A stretch of DNA of 64,000 nt from Eledone cirrhosa (taxonomy: Eukaryota), in assembly GCA_964016885.1 (NCBI GenBank), contig OZ024747.1, positions 50,220,001-50,284,000 on the forward strand, in the 5' to 3' direction. Shown piece after piece: positions 1-12,703 of the stretch. The notes beneath the pieces were generated by a model that saw only the letters and a program-made list of their open reading frames with translations, had not been told where the DNA came from and searched no databases. The position numbers were made by a program, and so were the translations under genes. Position 1 is the stretch's first letter, and every line of letters starts with the position of its first letter.

Positions 1-562
1 CATATATATAAACATGAATAATCACAGGGGATAATTTTTACAAGCATGTAACCACACATAGCTAAATAAAGTTGACTAGAACTTCAAAAATAGATACCTT
101 ATAATATGATTAATGTTCCCTGTATATATTCCATTAAAGAAATATATTTCACCAATTAATCAGATGGTAAATCACGGAAGTGGATATTTTTGGATTTTCA
201 ACAAGGAAGAAAAATTTCCAGCAATCCATGTTTACACTACGAGTTCAAATCTGCAACTGGCTATTACCACGTGTTGAATTTACACATCATAGCAGCTTCG
301 TCTCAGTGGCGTGAATAGGGTTATCGACTACTAGAAACAGCAGCCGATTCCTTTCAACAGAGTTACACGCTTGTAAAAATTATCCCCTGTGATTATTCAT
401 GTTTATATATATGTTAATCAATTTCTAGTTATTATAAAATGCTCGGACCTACTCGATAGAATCTTTGAGCTTATTTTTCCGGGTGATATGGCGCATGCCG
501 TTCTGGCATGACACCCATAATTTTGATTTAGATTAAATTCATTTAATTTGTCTTAATTTTGG
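1..562. mobile_element. Inverted terminus pair (arms ~1-52 and ~362-413) ending in (TA)n; probable PLE end
   Basis: catatatataaacatgaataatcacaggggataatttttacaagc is the reverse complement of gcttgtaaaaattatcccctgtgattattcatgtttatatatatg. The geometry matches the HHR-bearing pairs elsewhere in the window. Confidence 0.55.
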
Positions 563-593
<31 letters not shown>

Positions 594-636
594 TTAAAAA
601 AGTGAGAATGGGCTTGTGTGGTTACCATTAAATATT

Positions 637-822
637 GTGGATTGGCAGTGTCAGTAGAGGGCTGGACGCCAAGCTTTGCAGCAAAGTGTTACGGCCCTTT
701 ATGATCTGAGTTCAAATCCCGCCGAGGTTAACTTTGCCTTTCATCCTTACGGGGTCGATAAAATAAAGAACCAGTAATACACTGGAATAATTGCTGGCCT
801 TGTGCCAAAAGTAGAAACAATT
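637..822 (+). mobile_element. tRNA-type SINE, family 1
   Basis: B-box-like GAGTTCAAATCC followed by gccgaggttaactttgcctttcatccttacggggtcgataaaat and the 3' end gtgccaaaagtagaaacaatta. Several copies occur in the window. The central block resembles, from memory, the Meta/Sauria-type SINE domain. Confidence 0.85.
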
Positions 823-1549
823 AAATATTATTTTTAAAATGTTCCACTCTTACTCACTTCCATTTTCCCTCGTTTCTTTCTTTCCACACCTGTTGTCACT
901 ATAACCAGACGTTTCTCTCTTTCTCCTCCCTCTCTCTCCCGCTTCTTGTTAATACGGTTTCAGAACTTTTGTTCAGACACTAGTATTAACTCTATCTCTT
1001 TCCTTTTCCTTCAGTTACTACCACATTTTCATGTACTGCTGCCTTCGTCTTTTCCCCTTTCTCTATCTGTATGTCTATCTTTCTTTTTGTTTTTATTTTT
1101 TTGTCGGTCTCTTCGTTATCGTCCGTTGTGTTTCTTCCCGGATAACTACCGATTTTAGCACTGTGGTGAAATGTACTGACTTTAATGCGTTCGAAACATT
1201 AGCGATCTACATAAGACAGCCGATGAGCGGTGAATTGTCCTTTTGTTTGGGTGTGTGTGTATATATATTTCCTGAGTTCAGTCTTTTTCGTCGCTATGGT
1301 CGCTGCGACCCTTCTATCGGTCGCTGTCTTCATTTTGCAAAGCTGTCTAAACGTAATGTTATAACTCTAGGGTTATATAGCCTATCGAGTGCTTAGCTGC
1401 ACACCGAAACTGCATTCGTTAGCTTGGCTGCAACCATGGCTTCGTTGATGCTGTACTAAATTTTATATATATATATTATAAAGAGTCGGGAAACGTCGGA
1501 GAGCTCGGTGTTTGAAAAGCTAGTTCCGAGTCCTAAACTGCTTATATCC

Positions 1550-1660
<111 letters not shown>

Positions 1661-2414
1661 ATATGTTAGACACGCAGTGACTAACAACAGAATGTTTTAA
1701 GTCTGCGTGTCTGACATATATGCGTAGCTTGTGAATAAAACATTCAAGGGGTGTCGTTGGCCGTGGTGATGATCGCTGCCAAACATGTTTTGTAATGTAT
1801 CGTCTTATTGGCTAATTTAATCGTCTTATTGGCTAATCAACCAACGAGAGTAATTGTTGCTCAAAAGCATCCGCCATTTTGTTTGCACGTTTATTTATCG
1901 TTTCGCTTTCAAATCTTCCTCCTGTATTTCGTCGTTTATCATCAAAATATTTTTCTCGTTTTGGTAAGTTATATTGTTAATTTATATATGATTTTTTAAA
2001 TTTATATTAACTATTTTTTTTCAGTTCGTTATAACATGCTTATAATATTGGTTGTATCATATTTACTTGTATATTTGTCCATATTATTGTTCGTTTTATG
2101 TTAGATTATTTTGTTATTATTATGTTAGATTATTTTTTTTATTATTATGTTAGACTATTTGTATGTAATATTTAATTTTTATTAATTCAACTATAACAAT
2201 TATTATGTAAAATATATTTATTTAATATTGATTGTTTTTTGTAGTTGTTTATATTAAAAGTCTGAAAATATTTTTATACATCTTACAATATTATTTATAA
2301 GATCATTTATAAAATAACAATTATATAATCTAATTACATTACAACGATAATTTATTATTAATATATATCATGTTTAACTAGAGTTATTACAAGCGTTGCC
2401 TTAAAAAATATTAA

Positions 2415-2864
2415 ACTAGACCTGAAAAATGCGCAAGTTCAAAAGAGCCACAGAATGTTATAATAAAGCTTCAAAAGTGTGGGACTAGAGTTGTTGCTCA
2501 AAATTATTGTAATCATTATCTATCGTACACTCTGTGGCATCCTTTTATAAAAAAGAGACTCATAACGAACTCAAGACGACACGATTATTATTTAAGTGAA
2601 TTTATAACTTATATAAAATTCGGTTTAAGTGCATTTCGTATTAATCATTACTAAACATCTAATATGAGATATTGAACATTAGCTTAAATAATTATCGTGT
2701 CGTCTTGAGTTCGTTATGAGTCTCTTTTTTATAAAAGGATGCCACAGAGTGTACGATAGATAATGATTACAATAATTTTGAGCAACAACTCTAATCCCAC
2801 ACTTTTGAAGGTTTATTATAACATTCTGTGGCTCTTTTGAGCTTGCGCATTTTTCAGGTCTAGT
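2415..2864. repeat. Inverted repeat with ~180-bp arms (2415-2596 / 2683-2864)
   Basis: ctagacctgaaaaatgcgcaag...gacacgattattatttaag mirrors cttaaataattatcgtgtc...cttgcgcatttttcaggtctag with few mismatches. Confidence 0.9.
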
Positions 2865-3429
2865 AATATATGTAGAAATAAACACAGTAAATTGTGTGTC
2901 TAAAATTACGAGGGTTGAAATACCACAGTGGTTTGATAAATTTAACCTGAAGCAAACGGAAAATATGGAATAGATATACAGACCGTCTCAATAACTATTT
3001 CATCTCTCGGACAGATTAGAGATTTAATCTGTTTCGCCCTGAAAATTGTGTTTGTAACAGATAATCCGTAGGCTTCCCTCAGCGAGAGATAAGATCAAAT
3101 GGAACAAACACATACAGCTAAAAGCCACACGAGTGAATATCTCTGCTCGTGCACTGGACGTTAGAAGTGGTGTGAGTGGATACGCTAAGAACAATAGCCT
3201 TAATACACCTAACTTATAAGCTTACCTAGTTAGGGAGCCGAAATACAAATAAAATACAGAGTTACTAACTCATATTGATACCCTGTAATTAACAAGCTCA
3301 AAGTATAAATACTGAACATTATATAATAATATATGTAGAAATAAACACAGTAAATTGTGTGTCTAAAATTACGAGGGTTGAAATACCACATTGGTTTCAT
3401 AAATTTAACCTGAAGCAAAGGGAAAATAT
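2864..3429 (-). mobile_element. Non-coding unit with 103-bp direct repeats (period 463 bp) and an HHR; PLE pseudo-LTR or retrozyme-like
   Basis: 2864-2966 repeats at 3327-3429, an HHR lies at 3002-3090, and the unit abuts (TA)n. Confidence 0.7.
3002..3090 (-). ncRNA. Type I hammerhead ribozyme with variant core
   Basis: Minus strand: ATCTCTCG CTGAGGGA a GCCT...GGGC GAA ACAGATTA aatctc TAATCTGT C CGAGAGAT. Stem I is 8 bp, stem III is 8 bp, the site is GUC, and the core has an extra G or A9G. Confidence 0.8.
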
Positions 3430-3430
3430 A

Positions 3431-3471
<41 letters not shown>

Positions 3472-3477
3472 CAATTT

Positions 3478-3905
3478 TCGCTCTACATGGTTGAATACAA
3501 TAAATGTAATCTGAGTTTTTCGAATATTAATAATAACATTTGATTCGTTTGCAATTATGCAAAGAAGCCTAATTTTTAAAGCCATGTCAGTAGAATGAAC
3601 CCTTCATTCTTGCTCTTGTGTTGGCATGTAAATAGAACTGCAGACACTAATGTTTCTGGATATCACCCTTCATCAGTACAAATCACTGTTCACCTGCCAA
3701 CTGTCAGAGCTAGTGAAAATATATGCTATTTTCTAAAATATACAGTGACTGATCGGCCTGATTTGCATATTAGCTGACTGGCTGATCAGTCAGATCTCCA
3801 TATTAGCCAACCCACTGATCAGCCAGATTTGCAAACGTATCGCATATTATTATTAATATTCGAAAAACTCAGATTACATTTATTGAACACAGCCATGTAG
3901 AGCGA
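3478..3905. mobile_element. Inverted PLE-like terminus pair (~77-bp arms) enclosing an HHR
   Basis: tcgctctacatgg...tcgtttgcaa (3478-3554) mirrors ttgcaaacg...ccatgtagagcga (3829-3905). Confidence 0.75.
3638..3681 (-). ncRNA. Minimal type I hammerhead ribozyme
   Basis: Minus strand: TTGTA CTGATGA a GGGT gat ATCC a GAA AC ATTAGT GT C TGCAG. Confidence 0.85.
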
Positions 3906-3927
3906 TAACTAATTCTTAGTTATTTGA

Positions 3928-4525
3928 CTATGGCAAAGCCGGCCATTTATCGCTCGTATACAAGAAACTGACTGGCCTATCTGCTGATATGCAAGATTTG
4001 GCTGGCAATTGGTGTGAGTGGGAGTTCGTCGCCGTTGCCCTTAGGTTACCTTCGTACTGTGCTGTGGGCTCATCCGGGATCCTGGATAGCAGGGTGTCAA
4101 GATGTTTCTTGAAAACATCCACGCCCACACCATGCAGATCTCTCAAACTTCCTGGAACGCCAGGCTATTGCAATATCTGCTCCTTATTCTAGATGTGAAA
4201 GACGGGACCTTTGGCACCACACAGTGACATCCTGTTCGGGGGTTGGTCCAGCTCTCAATGCCAAAGTTTGGTGCTAGTTCCTCCAGGATTTTCCATATGT
4301 ATATCACTGTATATCTCTCCCGTCTTCATTCCAAGGAGTTTCAGTTCTTTTAGCCTCTCCCAGTAGCTCATCTCCGTCATTGTGGCAATGTTCTTGGTGT
4401 AGCTTCGTTGGATTGCCTCAAGCTCCGTGGTTAGCTTTATACTATGGGGTGACCACAGCTGGAAACAGTAGTGCAGGCGGCTTAGGACAAATGTCCTCCA
4501 TAATATCAACATGGTATCTCGGTCT
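3928..4525 (-). pseudogene. CR1-group LINE ORF2 C-terminal fragment
   Basis: LWRTFVLSRLHYCFQLWSP...LEAIQRSYTK...SYWERLKELKL and VDVFKKHLDTLLSRIPDEP, typical of the post-RT region of CR1/L2-group LINEs; frameshifted. Confidence 0.8.
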
Positions 4526-4623
4526 CTAGGTCTCGTATCGATTTCGACACGGGAATTTCGATCCCGCCTGGTCTGGAGTAGCTGTGTTGTATTTGTGTTT
4601 GCAGGTTGGCATTGTAGGGCTTG

Positions 4624-5484
<861 letters not shown>

Positions 5485-5887
5485 TACCACGTCCGTTATC
5501 ACACACGTGCTTGTGCATTCACCCCTAGATCCCTATGGCTCTCTTATGGCCAGAAACATATACACTTACAGCTAATACAGACCAACAAAATACGCACACT
5601 CCACTTTTCCCTTCACAGCTCTGTATACACACACACACACACACAAGCATACGCATATACTCACGCGCACAAGTATAGCTCTCTCTACAAAACGGCGTTT
5701 TTCCATTTCAGGCAGAGTCACTCCATTATCCACTTTTCTAAAATAATATATCATACGCAAAACGCCAGCATCAACAGTTTTCCAAGAGAAGTCAACATGA
5801 ATGGACCTGTTATTTTTTTTTTATCTAAAGCCATTTTATCCAATTGCACCCCGCCCGTCCCTTCAATCTATCTTATTTCTCATTCTT

Positions 5888-5923
5888 TCTTCTGGCGAAG
5901 GACTAGCGTCCGAAACGTGAAGA
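5888..5923 (+). ncRNA. Degenerate minimal HHR in the Neptune-type PLE 3' tail
   Basis: TCTT CTGGCGA a GGAC tagc GTCC GAA ACGT G AAGA. A6G and G17 predict inactivity. It is homologous to 7570-7605. Confidence 0.8.
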
Positions 5924-5963
5924 CCCTCTTCCTGCTATTTCAAGGGCTAACCTAATATATTGT

Positions 5964-6364
5964 CGAGAATAAGTAAGTGACATAGTCACTCCTTTAAAAC
6001 TCATAGCGAATGGGCTTTAAAATGTTTTTAATTAAACGTACAGTATATTGCTAAATATACTATACATACATTAATGTATACATACCTAACTTTTGCTGGA
6101 CCGCCAAGCACTCTGTTTAATCAGCTCTTAAATATTACTGGAATTCTATAAGAATCCAGCTTCTATAACTCTCGGCAGAAGCAAAGGAGTGAGAGGTCTT
6201 GATAAATGCTAACGAGCGAGAAACAGGACTGTCGATCACTCCTCTTTGCTTTTGCCGAGAATAAGTAAGTGACATAGTCGCGACTTTAAAACTCATAGCA
6301 AATGGTCTTCAAAATGTTTTTAATTAAACTTACAGTATATTGCCAGATATACTATACATACATT
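5964..6364 (+). mobile_element. Non-coding unit with 109-bp direct repeats (period 292 bp) and an HHR; retrozyme or pLTR-like
   Basis: 5964-6072 repeats at 6256-6364, with an HHR at 6170-6260. Confidence 0.7.
6170..6260 (+). ncRNA. Type I hammerhead with U3-A8 core and extended stem I
   Basis: tctcggcagaagcaaag-GAGT gaga GGTC TTGATAA a TGCT aacg AGCG a GAA ACAG ga CTGT C GATC ACTC-ct-ctttgcttttgccgaga. Confidence 0.8.
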
Positions 6365-6519
6365 CATATAGATATATATGTATATATATTGATATGCCTG
6401 GTGGTCACCGATCTGTCCAGTTCGTTTGTCTACCAGCATATCAGGCACAAGATTATACATGTTCTATATATATATTGTCTGAGGAGGACATGTTTTGCTT
6501 TATGTTATACATAAAACTT

Positions 6520-7490
6520 TACATCTTCGAAATCTCCAGATATTCTGCCTAAACGGTGAACAGGTGTGGTCGCCGTTTATAAGACGGGCTTTTCCGCAGT
6601 TCGTTTCTTTGACTGAGCTGCAGTCCTGGGTCAAGAAGAGACCGAGACTAGGTGACTGGCACCTGGAATGTTGCCAGGCATTCACTGCCCTCTACCAAGC
6701 GGGCAATGCGATCAGTGGAACTTCCACTCTCGAGTTCTATAGAGGATTAGTGGTGGGCAAGTGCGATGACGGACTCGGAGAAGCTTTGGGTCTCGACGAA
6801 GTCGAACTGACCAGTCTGTTCCGGAGGACTTTCGAGCTGGGGACGATGGACAATTTCCAGAAATCCCTCGCTTGGCAGTGCTAGCGGGGGCCACTGACGG
6901 TTCGGGATAAACTCTACAGGCACGGAAGTGCTGTCAGACGGACCTGCCCGAGATGCGCACAGAGCGACGAAACCGTTCTGAACGGACTTGTCCAATGTCC
7001 GTGCATTACTGACTTGTGGAGTTATGTCGAACAGTTACTGTCGCGTGTAGAACGGATCCGGCTATGGGCCGAGTTCATAGTGAAGATCGACTCGCCACCT
7101 TCCTTTGGCCAGGAAAAGGAGTCAATTACCCTCTGTCTGGTGCCGTTGCGAAAGCGGTTATATGGTGGACCAAATTGAAAGGACTGAAGACAGACACTTT
7201 TCTCTTCGGCCAATCCCTCAGGAAGGTGAGGGTGGAGAGAGAAGTGTTGCCCCCCCCCAGTACATTTACTAAAAGGTGGATGAATGTGGCGAGAATGGCC
7301 CGTGTGAATGGGTCTAATCTGACCATGTGCCTATAGGCTAGCAATTTGGGGAGAGGAGTGCTCTCCCTGGGTGGCCTAGAAATGCAGGGTGGTTCAGGAT
7401 TGGTTGGGTACCTGAGTCACCCCTGGGTCGTCCACCCACTTTAGGGGAATTTATTTTGTTATATTTATGCATAGTTTATTTTATATTTTT
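6520..7490 (+). mobile_element. Tx1/L1-clade LINE 3' fragment (ORF2 C-terminus and 3' UTR)
   Basis: GEQVWSPF...SLTELQSW, MDNFQKSLAWQ, CPRC zinc-finger region, WWTKLKGLKTDTFL; homologous to 35100-36080. Confidence 0.85.
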
Positions 7491-7499
7491 ATAGCTCCA

Positions 7500-7686
7500 T
7501 TTTTATCTAAAGACATTTTTTCCAATTCCACGCCGCCTGTCCCTTCAATTTATCTTATTTCTCATTCTTTCTTCTGATGAAGGACTAGTGTCCGAAACGT
7601 TAAGACCCTCTTCCTGCTATTTCAAGCGTTAACCTAATATATCCCTTCCACATACTGTACCGATTGTGTTGTTATTTCTGTTTACC

Positions 7687-7690
<4 letters not shown>
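7500..7690 (+). mobile_element. Second copy of the Neptune-type PLE 3' tail
   Basis: Close match to ~5817-5960; ends in (CA)n/(TA)n. Confidence 0.8.
7570..7605 (+). ncRNA. Intact minimal type I hammerhead
   Basis: TCTT CTGATGA a GGAC tagt GTCC GAA ACGT T AAGA; palindromic stem III and GUU site. Confidence 0.9.
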
Positions 7691-8127
<437 letters not shown>

Positions 8128-8605
8128 AACCATCATTTCTCGGTCGTATTAATCCATAGAAGAGTTCAAAGTTGAGAATGAAGCCATCCTCTAGCCTGTC
8201 GTAAAGGTCAATGGTAAGCAGAGTGATGGTTTCAACTCCGGACTCCATTCAGGACGATGATCTAAGGGTCACTACGTAACATGGCCTGCCATCACCGACA
8301 GCCTAGACCAATTATCTTTCTGTATACACATATATATATATATGTAGATGTACTTGTGTGTCTGGCGTGTGTTTGTGTATGTATGTATGTATGTATGTAT
8401 GTATGTATGTATGTATGTATGTATGTATGTATGTATATATATATATATATACGATTTGTTTTTGTTGATTTATTATCTTAAATCAAGACAGGCAAACTGT
8501 AATATTATTATTAGTATATTTCAATCTAGCTAACTTGGTCATTTACAATACAAACATGAATATGTTGGTATTTGTGTTTATCAAATATATTAATTTATAT
8601 TATCT

Positions 8606-8647
<42 letters not shown>

Positions 8648-8693
8648 GAGACATATATGTACATGTGTGTCCGTATGTATGTATGTATGTATG

Positions 8694-8747
<54 letters not shown>

Positions 8748-8750
<3 letters not shown>

Positions 8751-8897
8751 CGAAGGAGGTGTGGTAAGGAACCAGAAGGACCATAACGCACCAGAGTACT
8801 CAATACTTAGGGTAGTAGAGTGGGTAATAGGAAAATGTTCAGGACCCCGACGGCAGAGCGCAAGCCGTTTCGACGGCTATTTCTAGTCCAGAAATAG

Positions 8898-8898
<1 letters not shown>
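8748..8898 (-). mobile_element. Family A PLE-like terminus with the 3' half of an HHR
   Basis: Homologous to 23135-23329 and 59455-59650. The minus strand reads hairpin-GAA ACGGC ttgcgctct GCCGT C GGGGTC. Confidence 0.75.
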
Positions 8899-8950
<52 letters not shown>

Positions 8951-10044
8951 CATATATATATACACACGCAGAGACACATATGTACATACATATATATATG
9001 TACACACACACACACATGCACACCCATACATCATGCACACATATACACACATGATTTCCCAACATCCCAAACAGCCTTACACTAACGTAATAATCACCTT
9101 CGTTTACCTCCCTCGCTCTCTGTCTCACTCCCCCCCCCCCTCCTCCTCCTCCTCCTCCTCCTCCTTCTCCCCTCCCCTACTCCCACTACCACTTCTGTCT
9201 CCCACTCTCACTAACGCACTCATAGATATGCACAAAAATACACACACACATGCACACATAAATACACACATAAATACACACATAAATGCATACATAAATG
9301 CATACATAAATGCACACATAAATGCACACAAGAACGTACACATGCAGTACACACACACGCACACACACATTCACACATAATCCCCACACCCCCACACAAA
9401 TTTACATACGCATATCTACACAAAACAGAAACACAGAAACACACACGTAAATATATATACACACAAACAAATATACATGCGTATATACTACACACACTAC
9501 CCTTAAACACCCACACACACATACACACACGCACACATAAACACCCACACACATACACACACACACACATAAACACTTACACAGATATAAACCTACACAC
9601 ACATACACCTACATATATACACACAGCTAGACACACACACATACACCTACATATATATACACACAGCTACACATATACACACAGCTTACGACAGACAGCA
9701 GAACTGTTTGTTGAGGTCAATCAGCCATTAACAACTTATATCACAAAACTGTTGCGAACCTTTGTCCACTTCTGTCTATCTTTGACGACCTTTGACGAGA
9801 CCTTTGACGGCTTTTGGCCACTTCTGGCCAGTACTGATGGAGGGCCTCCATGTGGTCATCCAATTTGCTAGAAATAACAACCGAGTTTCCCTCAAATCAC
9901 ATCCTGCGTTTGATGATATGGTTATGGCTTTTCTGCACAGGATAAGAAAGAAGTGATGGGACGGTTATGGTTGGAACGCCATCGATCTTAACTCAGTTTG
10001 ATGACAGATGACCTGAAACTAAACAACAACAATTATCCAACAAC

Positions 10045-10211
10045 CTGCTTCGTGGCATAGAGTTACGGCTCTTTACGTTCTGAGTTCAAATCCCGGCTTT
10101 CATCCTTACGGAATCGATAACATAAAGTGTCAGTCACGCATTGGGGTCGATTTAATCTACTTTCCTTCCTCCAAAATTGCTGGCCTCGTGTCTAAACTAG
10201 AGACTATTATT
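10045..10211 (+). mobile_element. SINE family 1 (diverged)
   Basis: ctgagttcaaatccc...ctttcatccttacggaatcgataa...aattgctggcctcgtg. Confidence 0.75.
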
Positions 10212-10212
10212 G

Positions 10213-10313
10213 TCAGCTGAGAGGACTGGAGTAAGGAGGAGTAGAGTATCATGCTGAAGGTGACAACCCGCCTCTGGTAATTGAACTGACAACCTTACGA
10301 TCCCGAGTCAAAC
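10213..10313 (-). mobile_element. SINE family 2 fragment
   Basis: cagctga..ggactgga and aattgaactgacaaccttacgat match 51110-51210. Confidence 0.55.
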
Positions 10314-10591
10314 TTGTTAAATAGTGATACTTCACGAGATCTGATCCGGTTGTGTTGTTCTGTGTTCAAATCCCACCCCCTTCTACCAGTTCTTACTATC
10401 AACATATATGGAAAGACTAATTAAAACATTCTCTTGATCTAATGATCGTCTCCTTTCATGTTTGTCTTTTAAACACTCATTCATCCACATTCTTTCTCTC
10501 TCTCTCTCTCTTCCTTTCTTTCCCCTCCCCTGCACTCTCTCTCACCTTCTCCTTTCTCTCACTTTCTTCTTTCTCCAACTCCCTCTCCCTC

Positions 10592-10637
<46 letters not shown>

Positions 10638-10638
<1 letters not shown>

Positions 10639-11172
10639 GACCACCGAGTCCATTGTCATGATCAAACCGCCACCCTCCTTCAAAAACGAAGGAGAGGCGG
10701 TTTTCCTTTGTGTGATAGCTATGGCGAAAGAGGTTATATGGTTACGAGGTTAAAAGGGCTGAGGTCAGACACCTTTCTCTCCGGACAACAACTGATTCTT
10801 TTTTTCAAATACCACTTTGGAAGAAGAGTCGGGATGGAGAGGGAGGTGCTGTACCCCAGCAAGTTTTATGAAAGGTGGGTGAAAGTGGCGAGAATGGCCC
10901 GAGTGAATGGGCCTTCTCTCTATATCAGCCTGTAGGTTGAGGAAAAAGAGGAAGAGAAGAAAGGGGTACTCACTCTTCGTACTCCTGGAGATGAGGATAG
11001 CACATTTTTTCGGGGGTATGTGTTACCCATATAAACTGTCTCCCCCTATTGGGGAAAATCGATTAACTTTTAAATTGCATTTGTGATAATATTTTACACG
11101 TTTTTATTGTATGTAAACTTCCCCCTTTGTATTTGTCCCCTTCTTTTGTGCCCCTGTGGCTAATAAAGAAAC
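10638..11172 (+). mobile_element. Tx1-like LINE 3' end inserted in (TATC)n
   Basis: TTESIVMIKPPPSF...AVFLCVIAMAKEV. Near-identical to 61787-62315. Ends gtggctaataaagaaac, with (TATC)n on both sides. Confidence 0.85.
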
Positions 11173-11349
11173 ATATCTATCTACCTATCTATCTACCTAC
11201 CTATCTATTTATCTATCTATCTACCTATCTATTTCACTCTCACCTCCCCCGCTTTTTCCTATCCCCCCACCTCTCTCACTCTATTAAAACACCTTCCGAT
11301 TTCTTTAACCCTCTCTATCGATACACCTATTCTTTCACTTCCACTTTCT

Positions 11350-11368
11350 TTCACTCTCTCTCTCTCTC

Positions 11369-11402
<34 letters not shown>

Positions 11403-11752
11403 ACACCCACACACACACACATATATATATACATATGTATGAGTGTGTATGTGTGTGTATGTGTACATGTTTATATCCATCTATTTACCTCCAAGCCAAC
11501 CCACCCGGCACTGTCTCTTTAACACACACACAACACTCCTTCTCTTTCTCTCTTCCCTCTCTCCCTCCTCCTCTCTCCTCCCTCTATATCTCTCCCTTTT
11601 TCTCTCTCCTTCTCTCTCTCTTTCTCTTTATCCCCTTCTCTCTCTTTCCTCATCTCTATCTCCTTCTCTCTCTCTTTCTCTCTCTCTCTCTTTATCTGTT
11701 TCTCTCTTTCTTTCGCTGTCGCTCTTTCTCCCACTCTTTCTTCCTTTCCTAA

Positions 11753-11809
<57 letters not shown>

Positions 11810-12060
11810 CCTCTATTTCTCTTCCTCTATCTCTTTCTCTCCCTCTATCTCTCCCCCTCTCTCTCTCTCATTCCTCTATCTCTCTTCCCCCCCCTCTCTC
11901 TCTCATTCCTCTATCTCTCTTCCTCTATCTCTTTCTCTCCCTCTATCTCTCATTTCCTCTCTCCCTATCTACCTTATCTTCCCCCCCCTCTCATTTCCTC
12001 TTCTGTTTATTGCACATGTCTTTCCCCTTCCTTCTCCACCCCCACCCCCACCACCACCAA
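11350..12060. repeat. CT-rich low-complexity tract
   Basis: Directly visible. Confidence 0.9.
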
Positions 12061-12221
12061 TAATCTCCTCTTCTCCAAAACCTCTCTCCTGAAGCGGTCA
12101 GCTGGTCAAGTAATGGCCGAGGTAATACGTCCAACTCTCGCTCTTATAGGGTCACTGCCGAACAATGTCGGGAGGTGTGAACAGAATTGACCTGTGCTGA
12201 CAAACTTGGAAGATAGCTTAC

Positions 12222-12291
<70 letters not shown>

Positions 12292-12369
12292 GTGCGCGTG
12301 TGTTTCTGTGTGTTTGGGAATGTGTTTGTTTATCAGTGTGTGTGTGTTGATGAGTCAATTCGTTGATCC

Positions 12370-12590
12370 ATATGTGTATGTGTATGTGATGCTGTATATG
12401 AATGTGTTGCTGTATATGTATATGTATGTGTATGTGTATGTGTTGCTGTATATGTATGTGTATGTGTATGTGTATGTGTTGCTGTATATGTATGTGTATG
12501 TGTATGTGTTGCTGTATATGTATGTGTATGTGTATGTGTTGCTGTATATGTATATGTATGTGTAGCTGTATATGTATGTGTATGTGTTAC

Positions 12591-12630
<40 letters not shown>

Positions 12631-12672
12631 CGTGTATGTGTATGTGTAGCTATATATGAATATGTATGTGTG

Positions 12673-12703
<31 letters not shown>

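Noticed and set aside
637-822. tRNA gene suggested by the B box
   Set aside because: No cloverleaf forms; it is a multicopy SINE head
1213-1430. Possible HHR (CCGATGA...GGTG/CACC GAAAC, or AGACAGC/GCTGTCT as stem I)
   Set aside because: No single arrangement gives the core, stem III and stem I together
4528-4572. GAAATCGATA half-motif with a hairpin on the minus strand
   Set aside because: There is no CUGANGA or stem I partner and no second copy to support it
6479-6495. CTGAGGA core followed by ggac
   Set aside because: There is no GAAA or stem III downstream before the Tx1 fragment begins
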